A stretch of DNA of 64,000 bases, from the NCBI GenBank assembly GCA_965644315.1, contig CBFFRQ010000013.1, positions 496,001-560,000 on the forward strand, written 5' to 3'. Of the stretch, positions 43,901 through 51,300 are shown piece after piece. This stretch comes from Caecitellus pseudoparvulus. Its lineage: Eukaryota; Protista; Bigyra: Bicosoecida. The translations under genes were made by a program, and so were the position numbers. The number at the start of each line of letters is the position of its first letter. The stretch's first letter is position 1. The notes beneath the pieces were generated by a model. That model was not told the DNA's origin, did no database searches, and was given only the letters and a program-made list of their open reading frames with translations.

Positions 43901-46900
43901 GGAGCGGGAAATCTGCAGCATGTGCTGGGGTGGGTGGCGCATGCGCTGGGGAGTCAAAAGCATACACTGGGGTAGAAGGACCACACTCTGGGGCCCTGGC
44001 ATCATTCAGCTGGTCGAATAAGGTACCCTCCGAGGAGGCAGGGGCATCCTGCGGAGACGCTGACTCCACTGCAGAGGCTGTCGTATCACCAGCGGCAGCT
44101 GCCGCCGAAGCGCCTTGATCCCCTACTGAGGCCACAGAAGCCTCGCCTCGTGCTGAATCACGATCTTCCCTGGCCATTCTCACTCCAGCTGGTGAAGACG
44201 GGTCAACAACAGGCACAATGGAAGGGATGACGCTGGCCCCCCTTGAAACTTGTGGCCGGGTCACTCCGAGAAGTGTTGGGCTTGTTGCTGCATGTTGTGA
44301 AGCCACGTCGCGGGAAGGAAGCGCTTGGTCAGTGGCCTTGAGTCCAAGTCGTGCGGCCATGGCTAGGACTGCCGGCTCGATGAAGGCCGGCTCGAAAGCA
44401 CAGCCCGAAAGTTCCACCTCGTCCCCCCTGCTTTGCAAAGACACAGCGGGGAAGAACAGATCTGCCCTTGTTCCACAGCCCGCGAGGGCAGGGCTTTGAA
44501 AGCAGGCAGTCGGCTGATTGCCTGCAACCCTGAAACAGATGCACCCATCATCAGTATTCACAGTTACACGCACAGTGCTTCCAGCAGGCACACGTAGATC
44601 ACTACTTGGGTGGTGACGAGCCTGGTCGTGCACAATCCCGCCGTCCGCCAGCACCCCCCACCCATGCGGGTCCTGACCAAGCGCGGCGTCCAGCATCACG
44701 GCTGCGGTCGCAACACCCACAACTACTCCGCTTGGACTGCACTTCTTCACAAACACACTGAATGCGTGGTGCCCTGAGCCTGGCTGAAAGCCTTGTTTCG
44801 CTAGGACAAGGCTGCTGCGTCCATCAGTACCTTGGATAGCGGTGCGGCCGCGATTGGCCAACCGAATGCCCCGTCCACAGCGGTCGGGGTCAAAGGACAA
44901 ACCATCTCCAGGCAGCAATGTCGTGTCCAAGCCTGGAACAAGGTATCTGCTTAGGGGAGATCGAAAACGTCGCGCGATCAAGCTTGCAGTTGCAGCTGGC
45001 GGCTTTCGCATCGGCTTCGTGGGCCGGCACGCGCCAGAACTCGAACTGGGGGCGGGGATACCATGGACAGGCAGCACTTGGTCCCCGGTTCGGGCCCGAC
45101 ACCACACTCGAGCCCCTTGATGTAAAACGGCGTGAAGAAGGTCGCACGCGGGCAGCCACCCCTCTTCTCTGCCACTTGTGCGTGTTTGGGAGTCCTCCCA
45201 AACCGCACACTTGACAAGGGTACGCACGATTTCGTCGTCCTCCTGCTTCAGGGCATCCCAGTGCGGCCCCACTAAGTCTTGGAGTCTTGTGTCGTCAGCC
45301 CCTGAACTAGAGAGTGGAAGTGCGGATGCAAGCACAGCGCCAGCAGGGGCAGTGCGTGAAGACCAATGAAGCACGGACTCTGCCCGACGCAATGCGAATG
45401 GCATGTCAGAGCGGTGAAGAACTGTGCTCCTCATCGCTGGTACCTGCTGCAGGGCCGACAAAACATGCAAGGCCTGCAAATTCGCACCATGCAGCAAAAT
45501 TGGGGTCCCAAGCAGAATCGGTAGGCCGGCTGACCACGCTTTTAAGCTGCTTGCTGCCAAGCTGCGTGTGTCCGGCACGGACGCCACTGCGCGCTTGGCC
45601 TTCGTTGCAGGCAGCACATCCTCCATTCGCCCATTTGGGCTGGAAGTGGACGCAGGCATGGAGGTTCCCTGAGGCTCTAAGCATGATGCAGCTGACCCAC
45701 CTGAATGGCCCAAGTGCACGTCGGCGTCTATTTGACTCGCCGCTCTCGTCACATGCCCAGCCGATTCAATTGCACGTGAGGTTGACCCCGCATGAGTGCT
45801 GAGGCTACTTCCTGTTGCTCGTGAGAAACTGTGGGGGTCGCCTGCCGTTTGCGTGCTCACAATCACAGGAAAAGACCCAACAGCAGCCATGCGACCAGCA
45901 GGACACGCTGCCAAATCAGCAGCGACACCGTCGAAATCTCCCTGCATCTCCACACACGCGGAATGTGCAGCTGCAACAAGGTGTCGTTGGCTTGAAATGT
46001 CAACGGAGGGCGCACTCATCCAGGATGAGGTGTGCTGCACGTCAGCATCTTGCATGACAGCCTTCAGAATGGACATAATGGAAGGGATTAGGGCTTCGGA
46101 ACGCGACAGCTCCCCATCCGGAACTGGCGACGCAGGTGCCACTTGCACCGGGTCTTCACATAACTTGCCCGGGTCCTTTAGCAATGTGTGGTCACTGGAC
46201 TCTTGGTGTTCTCGTAGGCTTGTGGCAGTGTGCGACAACGCCTGCAGAATGTCAGCCGGCACTGTGCCCAAATCCCACTGCAGTGGCCGGGAGGGACATG
46301 ACAGGCCGTCACCAGCGCCATCCTGTGGCGCTGGTGACGTGCTCTGGCTCACTGTGCGGTATTGTGGAGTGACTACAGAGCAGGGCGCTTCAGCGGCGCG
46401 CAAGGTCGATGAGGTTGCCGCCACTGACTCCACTTGCGCTGGGTCTGTGGCCTCTACCACAGGCCCGAGCAGGCCACAATCACAGGTGAGCGCAAGAGCA
46501 GCATGACAAAGCTGGATGGCGCATTGTGTTTGTGCTGCCGCTTGCGCCCTTTGTTGTTTGTCTTGAGCCTGGACGAACTGGGACCGCGCTGAAACGAGCA
46601 GAGCCCTCAGCAAGGCAAGACCAAGCAGCGAGGGTTGAAACACGGGGGTGAGCGTAGCTAGCACCGCCTCCCTCGTCTGCAGGTATGCTGAAGTCTCCAG
46701 ACCAATGCAAGCGGTTGGGCAAACCTTGGACGGAAAGGTAGCGGTGCAGCCCCGTGCCACAGCGTGCAGCTCCTCCGCCAACGACGGCACCACCTCAAGC
46801 GCTTCATGCAGTTTGATGAACACACAGCAGCGAGAGCAAACAATGGATCTATGTACAGCATTGACGAAGTCAAGGACGCTTTGCACTGCGGTCTGGGGCG

Positions 46901-47852
46901 GTGCTTCGAGTGGGACAGCATCCGCATCCAAGGCCGCCAGAATGCTCGCCGCGGAGTGCGCCAAGTCCCAGTCACCAGCCGAAGACGTCTCACGAGACAT
47001 CGCAGCAGAAATCACCTCCATAGGGTCACTCGAAGGTTGACTTTCGTCTCTTGAAACCTGGGGTCGAACTGCTATCCAGTTCATAGAGTGCAAAGCGCTA
47101 CAGACATCGCGCAGCTCTCGGGCAGCACTGGCAGAGAGCGCAGCTGCTGCGGCAGCCAAGCCACAAGTGCCGCGGAACGGAGAAGGTGGGAGCGTTTGGG
47201 GGAGTGCACACTCTCGAGAATGCAACCAGAACGAAGCCGCCAGGAGCCCGGACGACTCTGGTGCGTTCCGCTCAACACTCGAGGTGAGAGCTGCATGCAC
47301 GTATGCGCCGAGCTGGGACCAGGTGGCTGAAACCGGGCGCGCGCCGTCCGAATCGATTTGTTCAGCGTCTTGTGGTGGGCCTTTGGGCGCATGCCACGAT
47401 GCTGGAATCTCCACGCGAGTCACAGGGTGCAGTTTCAGTAGCGTTGACGTTGCTGGGTCTGCTGCCGAAAATGCGGAAAGCGTTCTGTTCGCCAGACTTG
47501 CAAGGCAGGGGACACCTGACGATGGGGAGCCTGGCTCGGCATCAGCGTTGCCGAGCCAGGACAAGTGGGGGCTGTGCGGGCGCGCCACTGGGCTTGGGTT
47601 GCCGCGGGCTGGCGCGCTATCTCCTGGGCTTGGATCCTCCTGCGCAGTGCTGCGTCCTGCTGCTTCACCGTGCGCAGCCAGTGCTGTTGAGATGGCAAGC
47701 AGCAGATCTCTAAGTTGCAGAATGTGGGAAATGTCCAGCACGGGCCTTGCCTTGCAGTGCTTCGCCACGGCTCGTTTCTCCTGTGGCAGGGAGTATACCC
47801 ATGCAAGTGCCACAGCAAAGCTTGGAGCCACGCTCGGAGACACGCACGACAT
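28959..47852 (-). CDS. Giant HECT E3 ubiquitin ligase with 3 SPRY, 2 UBA and a MIB/HERC2 domain; true start may lie in exons up to 48177
   Basis: HECT at ~28990-30090 (F.VKF.GEG..DHGGPYR, ELV.GG...VT..N, LVCG.P, FLRFV..RS.LP, catalytic PKAQTCFF.L.LP.YSS). SPRY at ~44390-44900, ~35650-36120 (WYYE, QIGWA, GVGDD..SWAWDG) and ~31640-32090 (GVHYWEV, GDVVG..LD). UBA MGF motifs at ~36375-36695. MIB/HERC2 VG.KVVRGP...V.W..G....FRWG at ~33060-33250. Confidence 0.93.
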   Translation of the reverse strand: MSCVSPSVAPSFAVALAWVYSLPQEKRAVAKHCKARPVLDISHILQLRDLLLAISTALAAHGEAAGRSTAQEDPSPGDSAPARGNPSPVARPHSPHLSWLGNADAEPGSPSSGVPCLASLANRTLSAFSAADPATSTLLKLHPVTRVEIPASWHAPKGPPQDAEQIDSDGARPVSATWSQLGAYVHAALTSSVERNAPESSGLLAASFWLHSRECALPQTLPPSPFRGTCGLAAAAAALSASAARELRDVCSALHSMNWIAVRPQVSRDESQPSSDPMEVISAAMSRETSSAGDWDLAHSAASILAALDADAVPLEAPPQTAVQSVLDFVNAVHRSIVCSRCCVFIKLHEALEVVPSLAEELHAVARGCTATFPSKVCPTACIGLETSAYLQTREAVLATLTPVFQPSLLGLALLRALLVSARSQFVQAQDKQQRAQAAAQTQCAIQLCHAALALTCDCGLLGPVVEATDPAQVESVAATSSTLRAAEAPCSVVTPQYRTVSQSTSPAPQDGAGDGLSCPSRPLQWDLGTVPADILQALSHTATSLREHQESSDHTLLKDPGKLCEDPVQVAPASPVPDGELSRSEALIPSIMSILKAVMQDADVQHTSSWMSAPSVDISSQRHLVAAAHSACVEMQGDFDGVAADLAACPAGRMAAVGSFPVIVSTQTAGDPHSFSRATGSSLSTHAGSTSRAIESAGHVTRAASQIDADVHLGHSGGSAASCLEPQGTSMPASTSSPNGRMEDVLPATKAKRAVASVPDTRSLAASSLKAWSAGLPILLGTPILLHGANLQALHVLSALQQVPAMRSTVLHRSDMPFALRRAESVLHWSSRTAPAGAVLASALPLSSSGADDTRLQDLVGPHWDALKQEDDEIVRTLVKCAVWEDSQTRTSGREEGWLPACDLLHAVLHQGARVWCRARTGDQVLPVHGIPAPSSSSGACRPTKPMRKPPAATASLIARRFRSPLSRYLVPGLDTTLLPGDGLSFDPDRCGRGIRLANRGRTAIQGTDGRSSLVLAKQGFQPGSGHHAFSVFVKKCSPSGVVVGVATAAVMLDAALGQDPHGWGVLADGGIVHDQARHHPSSDLRVPAGSTVRVTVNTDDGCICFRVAGNQPTACFQSPALAGCGTRADLFFPAVSLQSRGDEVELSGCAFEPAFIEPAVLAMAARLGLKATDQALPSRDVASQHAATSPTLLGVTRPQVSRGASVIPSIVPVVDPSSPAGVRMAREDRDSARGEASVASVGDQGASAAAAAGDTTASAVESASPQDAPASSEGTLFDQLNDARAPECGPSTPVYAFDSPAHAPPTPAHAADFPLHRLSDTHASDSLRRALEAPVHHVQAIENHSTQIGLSPTARLSSDQRSVQPSPHRHQAAVDQAAAGDSGHGAALPEQEAQTDLPSEGTSLPHIVQASLVAAAAADSEAAAAVSLAGGRGSSLAEAVARLCCRVLQAASSIMKSGTTSSIFVNRISSRALTCLDGRIGRGLCLATLLSVSQSSRTYLAAMETLSLSSTTAPKMSSDMWALYFSSTKGCGQLVYFAMRRSPCGAVVGAASANASDLLHQAPSSPSSQVGLVEGTLIGQNLELLVLWPQTEEGGSSSRLSSGAGHPFQRSEPGSVMSIHITLNTHMQGGIGKVFKASSDMDHLAPGHSASLTWVRSLGVEAELRGSSKSAAHRQTLRQLESTTRKVISLAAHCLLRESELLSRVHAGQPLLCSALLPHLRKLCEDRLESTETGAASPRATPANDPVRDVQASRAARSVRASAFILKQLVLGEEDFSSTDDILRECLPGTQMAAELLCLPGRATDPPLTHASMVQHCSTAQALVGAIPAAAMALLVPPLDAVPAFCLAGSTRMASKIPGAAEDRNEWGSSLASTEVAESKATEGQSLRSLGTGLWPASTFEYSHRVALELLKQVPFVGGLIHEVSRPLCTQVLGHAFAADMPVPDPCGPTSAALLLASVIEPRRPGAIDWLGELDRHLTQLAAAGHIGKAALRRLSRPAAVRARKHAVAAFLHHTGLAEVLDEALAAATAPAALAQNVSLVKIWRFALQTVAQARASAISKLTSQAASSEQAVCCSYEVVCMRARISLLIRSASRSLPSRSSVCSDAKEMLTACLKNPTLQPPAPLQEFWDGQLLPPLAAYLLHLGCEPVPLLLRELASQAVMVRFLPHTALDLHRCMSHCSNALECDAGWLHDCEQVLRITASALDAESVAQQQDLSPYSAQQFVPSACRVFVGGASGFPKLQASLAQLQASLAGCMRRLSAPVPRQHRTFDPNQPSHSIWCHPSATTAMLAAVHIAGRGIQVHTLASRVAPSSASCDPTKPDLAGVGPLPEWESWVCQGMMHVLVTAVCFSLGVQASLDSHADEALYWAGIVDDLWDTAAISEPCRLDERCAGVDQCSATSFLASTASQSFDWLRASAIDSMSAVFLHLFARGENDESRMPTIHQCSGADAPFVADSGARACSMAPCVRGALEPVKLLCAALLGPLRKGAAQVYADRADRNKACASEEKADIEMRLNSLAFGIRTAERSAAAAGLALAGRFTASNFLQNASPKSIEVSLSTVTRHAMLGVAGTRAETSLYRLLSLLSFSSRSRLAPHVFLEPGWTAVLLEATSSDNAPPRTRVKALRVFQGALTSHRPCVNTADHAVKGANGFVDVLSVTSRVASAGQSALQALHSACEPYGIDLQGGASCSAVPEAQSFEEERSSSTPPGVAVVLHLLDIVAMQMTPCCLLEEPAFLTASHKAQKPVTSHGRLSCELQQASEHPLWQVISQVATDLKASSSAKLPQAINISHDGAACKGWEADLAQPPAPCVAVAVATLRQLMSLPDWRPAVVAVLSVSIHNLQTSVQKDSPPAPPASYLDPGGTSSPAAQVQEQEQRSSDAQTLPQSLLESLSSLVCQSTRAAAHTRALVHARGQAALDVLGSFQAAIRPGALVQLKSASRWEYSEEEPTSLLSFDSAEDHLTFDSEPLWADVHRASSQEQPTSEADATLHRKRPLITLSPTARLLAAQQALVRCIETGGSVSSSASSGPERSLQLASWPSIVRGGLLLCGLLAHPVLRAQYKHFDLWPDFPSRAPASSSVGYRKALVCLSACVHISGLTEGGMLLPGRGSSSTDDSLGTSSWARLQASALHWVHAPVSSARQPVGGELRPLAAVQPSAVCIAALCSAARLSLEPTQSSFVISARDQRLFAAEGLADHFPPCGRHDQVWGQQCWGGGVGVDESLDIPPPCLGLGRVLRVEHHREGGGTARLVTTAAPVPGHAFYTTKVPSHVLQAVCETACRPCDVPTELVQSLVLSLLPLLLPSIRARKTSEEASPSSGLSGSVSSSEDQEPRGAEDVSGRAVSRESPNVTTGAHSQRGPLQECRPSKSTGVVPHQYAHAEQCFLAHATLKVLVSLLTHPAHLDAVQRASSTEFVALLHSLTTVAVRAAPGHGDETLPDLDSTLMDARCLLSKLSFEENARPASGILCEFLQGGGSVERRGQAADVGAEADLPPLPPTSHRRHVGPFSASEEVAQARPLSAVLSAEGLTRFGGPGSPGAGVEPNVGLRTALRRWILLSSRRQTSHTGISFPHASSAGKAVDGTGSPSRLVLEAQPGSPPSSAGHDSTPSSESSPSHTMGFAGGLTPEIGESDSDDADSDFREGRSSSEAPEHIASRGSLGQLLRSTIRSSIVGAMQSVEHDRHLQGLLEQRSRLERLVRERREAQRGQVSAEAIATLEGMGFKRQWCEFALLRQGGRVSAAVTYILENMDTMDLQVRAANNARDGRLEESGSTSSRHVLVSAVRQALSEMGFPPSWAERAVRSSGATSAEDAVSWALANGATLPRAAPTSPTDSPESTQLGVDQHDAPSSAAAGVLESAGVMELPSVALAYTPGQQPNEPVSSQPVDSSLRSCVQCLCSLGSVEPTLTLRLRSSGISDPFASFTLPALAASTGRWYYEAVIVEKGITQIGWATPMFSGSPMGGMGVGDDLFSWAWDGVRQCIWHEGRQPWGLKWSVGDVVCCAVDVDRGLMHWGFNGSYAHPMGLGFAGIDVGATLFPALSLQGGAAVQLRLGEPDRPFLCGPPPGFCAVATPLLTSDCVPFPGLQQEHSLVGAFGRPPLFQSVSLLADTAAPMGCCLDVTSEAVRHRRPLRGPALLTSGGSVFAATSARISRHFGRALGQNGSRATRAGSLLAGSTHDGGRDPLPLPGQAAQGLGVGGLFRARSRELVEEHSTLSVTACTLLARRFLAVVLATQAPAPSASAGIGSVLTTEDGLKMLRLLAFQMGNTLNRRFLLSLADTVRNAAIWRQVSVCAPSQYRTPPTHVLLSSGPINSMGDSAGAMGALSCAQAGFVGGTGSALSMLPAGLQPLVLIQPQLGRSITLATAPWPACESFLKEIETQVTRSCQHPCVSWSALGIDRTQPPETLLQALKQPRWSDEVVLDAPNPFLAEWLSVVLVGCFIGEVCQAGRIPPKRVCDCKTLLHGCIDTAATAGEALESIQAALAKRDGLVLTAVESACTSQNAAQTEAGSPLSSTLAASLVGIDAGLSLRIFGAWRPALHSGSESLLALACGVMAALLWEQARVLRFGERLHREIKRSEGASAIAAAAALQRHVSAQAACAKAHMDMLPLEELRLVLESRLEEELPSSPIHSRPLGSLVNLFAATTCLESRLASHSPVSEEDVVRAALAAALIGFQEAHEPVCGSAQFDSKEEEREPVTGSGGLQVDLSHPAQDGAIKAGQDLQDSAMERVRLSLHFPELDDGLPGRSFAAANFPEPRGFEPSTTQLIWLAPGAAAADASNGGVVSRLQELADAPWRVIASGAGSLLRPGISGACAPVFLASHTDSSGSPSPVLCCGTVHWGGSLELKSEDADSTAGCGIFVGAKVVRGPALSDVGVSDADGRIGTVTIVTPNGSNGFMVCVEWRDGVSGTFRWGVGNLFDVQMLDTQGELVRLPAQGEPLLRTRLTSSVASHSRRQEHRHSPSQHSASFATTGATVRLAVVPFSNSAPTGWEGRVGWLPCGEQEWQRVSNRWLQPYSRVRVAGTLELPSLGGAVVALHGYWQQVRVAVPGGLSTPPARRKTRTPPQKPRSKAKRPRRESSRALSTSPSSCTDESDEARTDPHGATMPASQPDLSSCSQHFELQLVLQEVELLRGSAESGWEQRFGHPWFRAGTVWKTTLAPLAEQVGLISADPDGNGPQVFEARMPRQLELRTSVDACDQATGSSRRIRQSLRLSTDQMESWGRLGSADPARIGGMAAMVQPQTPRGFLVASKGFTSGVHYWEVCLDQLSPSSTLLLGVYAADSGDSSGEGLPTSTSDVLRSFWGLSTKRTAFMQGSKVPFGETMQQGDVVGLCLDVEAGTLAFFLDGMRFGEHTLAELGALPQRVTPLNGTALRPRVYFPALFSQSDSNRVTFTPKTLSVPRAMFGTGLQGSLHARASVDKAGSARGMQGTARGSSLSTSYFLCSALPQEQVRVTGLNVHSTGAAIADIGKASVLLQCWGEEELHRGALDLFWPATVPAKRRKRPKRSRSGAEVPATQEFRQSPGLGHDFWSRAGGAACADHALADLVLAAYSKAVRAARGTFVTVQARGSLCVSISQSQARLAALLQHEEVSVELTVGCLCYLPRITDARGSSEMMACRVLGTAHQRVWFRPEPLPSQEAASSSGGNKAWFLSTEELHRVIVDTSTPMLDSECDSGAARLLASGALASPRAFASAALPAAAVPLSEDLQLIQVINTACQSLNCDCHALPLSAVDACWQESTVGSGLEPRPMSRPLDPLARALVLMELGDLAVRVAALTPLSPECEPGFLASCPPVSFFGNLPAAIDFHSRSSTGTAITPSWRPTSLASILRSFRCVIPERCKLRLWSSVLSATTHPTHPSEDEYGEPRSVFTVRISRGPKTKPEQLARIKGPSARFAASVSGQLMRALRGKQEASLRQAYVGKGHGGQARAFLVKFVGEGVDDHGGPYRALFDTIADELQAQIDGKGCLLPALAPSAPKSAANPPKGPALLPSCETWATSLEGVEAMVFIGRVIGIAIRSGMHVPLALQEAVWSALAYEAPGPERWARASGAEGSRCLSPVSAAEAEGGNLNPKAEQTFHLEVQRGVQVELVEGGARVPVTAANRDVFTQLARAGELGARHVQVSALAQGLASIVPHDLLPLWSGQELRRLVCGLPDVTVSQLQRITSFGEGLDGKEPHIQWLWEVLGAWDAPGRVAFLRFVAARSSLPATGGYTPMSITISQPSGPALEDPDAFLPKAQTCFFSLILPAYSSKDILEAKMHLAVHHCPTMDADVVLHSAEGWSGV

Positions 47853-48375
47853 CCGTCAGAACATCTAAGGCAGGAACAAAGAGGGCATCTTGCTGCAGAA
47901 GCTCCTTCATTTCCATGGAGCAGCTCTTCTGCGCAGGCGTGGAGTGGCGGCGGCATGAACGCACGCATCCCAAGAAGCTGAGGCTTGTGCAAAGGACTGG
48001 TCCCAAGCGAAACGCAAGCGCCTGCCATCCACCTGCCACACTCACTGACAAGGAGGCAGCCCGCTTGAAGAGCGACTCCCTGGACGGAGCAGGCGAAAGA
48101 AAGCGTGCCTGGTGAGCCTCTTCCTGTGCTGGCTCATGCAAAAGCGCCTCAGGCGCAGGGTGCCGTCCCGCACTCATCCTGAGGGAGTTTCAGCCTGCGG
48201 GAGAGGTTTGCAAGGAGGCCCTCGGCGATGAGAGGGCACCCAGGCAGTGGCTGGGGGCACGCATCTGTGCTGGGACAACAAACTGAACAAGATTCAACCA
48301 GGTGACATAGGTTGTTGCTGTGGTTTTGTGGCAAGCTCACCACCGCAAAGTCACGCACTCGCGCAGGTCGACAGC

Positions 48376-51300
48376 ATGCCTTGGACTTTCGCACGTGGGC
48401 ACGCACCCCTGCACGGGGTGCAAGACTTCGTGGCTGTCAGCTGCCCTGACGAGGAAGCCCTGTCTGATGCCAAAGGTGCGCATGCCCAAGCCGCCTTGTG
48501 CTTGCTGCTCAGAGTGCCACAGCACGCGCCGCTTGCGCAGACTGCGTACACCATGCCAGCGCAAACGAAGGGGCTGGCGCTTACAAGTTGCCTTCAGCAC
48601 CGACTGAGACCATTGCTTGGTGGGTCATGGGAAATGTGTTGTACCTTGCTGCAGACAGTGACAAGGACAACATCTCAGCAGGCAGTCTGGCATTGGTTTT
48701 CCCAGGTGCGAATACTCCACCGTTGGCGTGGGCAAATTCCGCATGTTACCGCCCCTCCCCATGTCGACTCTGCGAGTGCAGGTGCCATTTTGAGGGACTC
48801 AGTGCGCATCGAAGAAGTGCCACCGTCAGCTGGTGGTGATTGGGCGCTCGTCGTGGGGGCTGTGACATATCGTGGAAGCGTGCATCGGCTGGAGTGGCCG
48901 CACCCCACTCGCATGCAGGACAAAGCGTGGCAAGCAGCCGAGGCTGAGACAGCCAACGGCATAGCAGCTGTGGCCACAGCTGCCGCTGCCGCAGCAGTGG
49001 TCCCTGCGCGTGCCGTGGGCCCTTTCACACGTAAAGAGCCTGCAGCGGGTCGCTTGTTGCATCCCTGCTGTGGTGTCGTGGCGGAGCAGACCGTGCCTGT
49101 CGTGGGCGCAACGCGCAGTGCCGTACTGTGTGCCAGCTGGCGAAGCCATTCGCAGCTAGTGGTGGGCTTGGAGTCTGGCGCGCTCGTTAACATAAACCTA
49201 GATGTGCCTGGCGCCCCCTCGCCATCACAGGACATCCTGCAGCCGACGACCTTTGTCGCATCCTTGCTCACCTCGTTCCTCGGCGAAGCTGCAGGCGGCG
49301 GCACCCGCGACCCATGCCTTGCCGTGCAGGTCACTCCATCAGTGGCCCTAGCAGTGCATCAGAGCGGGACCTTGCGCCTGTGGGACTTGGTTGCGGGATC
49401 GGTGCATTGTGAAGACAGCTTGCTGCAGGGTGCTCAAGGAGGCACCTCTGGGCAAGTCTTTGATGCCCGACTCTGGAAACTGCCTACCCTTCAGCAAGTT
49501 GAAGACGTGGCGATGTCAACTGTGCTGCAAGTTGCGTGGACTGATACCGCGTGGTCAGCAGCGTACACCTTGCACGCCACACCAGCTCCAGCTGGGTGGA
49601 CGCTGCGCGCAGATACGCTTGGCGGCTTTAACCTTCCTCACACTGGCATTTATGATGTCTGCATGTTGCAAGGTTGTCGTGTGTTGGTGGCAGGCGGAGC
49701 AGTGTTTGTCATGGACGGCACGGCGACCTTGGCTGTGCACCAGCCAGGCGGCAACCTCTTCACTGGCGTGTCAGCAGCGGAGACAGCGTACGAAGACGGC
49801 GCAGAGTTGGCAAGCACAGCAGCCCTCGCGGGCGCTGCTGCTAGCGCCATCGTCAGAGAAGCAGCAACGCAGCTTGGCGGTGAAGTACTCGCTGCAGACG
49901 TGACGGCGGAAGACGTGCGCGCGGCACACCTGCCCTGGCTCGGGTGGACTGCCGGTATCCCCTGCCCGCCTGAGCTCCTGTCTCACGCCGTGCTGCCCCC
50001 GTCTCCCACGACTGCACCAAGTGTGTTTCATGGCCAGCCCACAGTCTCTTCGTCTCCCAAACTGCAGCGAGTGTTGGCTGCTGCGCCATCCCTCGCGCAA
50101 GCCCTGGTCGGCGTCGAGCTTGCTCTCGGTGACCCGGAGGCGATACAGGCAGTGCCCTGGGAGCTCCCATTGCCCTCAAGATGGAGCCACAATGCCATGA
50201 CACAGTGCAAGTCGCAACTGGTCGCTGCTGCGGACACGCTGGACTCTGCCATGTTGGCGAGGCTTGCCCTGGGAGCGCCCGCCGCCGCCCAGGGCATGGC
50301 AGGACGAAGTGGCATCCTGTCTCTCGCGCCGCCTCTGGCCAGCGGAGCTGCTCGATACTCCGACGTCACCCTCTTAGGTGCAGCTTGCATGCTCTGCACG
50401 GCCTTCAGCCTGCCTAGCCCACGCGTCGAGCTCGAACTGCCAGAGTCCGTCATCGCGGCTTTGCGGCACACTGGCTCACGCTCCGAAGTATTGAAGGCTA
50501 CAAGTGTGGTTGCTGAAGCGAGTTTGCGCGCCGCGCAGGCCCTCCTGCGCGACGATGGAGACTGGGATGGTGAGGAGTGCGTCCAAGTCGTGACAGTCGA
50601 CCTCGCATCACTGCTGCTGCAGGATGAGACACCTCCCCTCGCGCGGGGCGCCGGACAGCCTCCCACCCGCCTGCCTCAGCCGTTGATGGCTGGGGCGTTT
50701 CACCCTGCCCTCCCCCATGTACTGGACGTGTTCTTCCCTGCTGACATCACCCGCGGCCTTCTTGCAGCTGTGCATGGAGTGGCAGCGGCCCTGTATGTTG
50801 AGCGGGTGACGCCTGAGGCAGTCCAGGACAGCGGCCATGCCTCACCGCTTGTAGTTGCCGCCAGTGTCGTTGTTGAAACGCGAGCTCAGGCTTGGGCTCT
50901 TGCTTTAGAAGCCCTCGAAACTGCTGCAGGCGTGTGGGAGCGGCCACTGGCCTGCAGTGCAAGTGGGCGACTGCTGGCCTGCACGTCCACCACCCATGCT
51001 CTGTCTGAGGAAGACCAAGCTGACCCCCGCCCACAGAGCGTCGCGTTGCTTGCACGCAGCCTTCCGCTTGCACACACAGCCGTGCTGCGTGCAGCAATCC
51101 CAGCCCCTGCTCCCGCCTCACGTGTGATCCCCGCTTTAGCTAAGGGATGGGAAGCAGCCACTATGTCTGCAACTGCCGTTCTTCCTGAGCACAACTTGGC
51201 AGACCATGATCGCAGAAGGCCTGACCTGTTGCAGCGGGGAACGTCAGCCCGAGCTCTTGGGGCTATGCTGGCTGCAGGTGCCGTGTCCCTTGCAGCCAGC

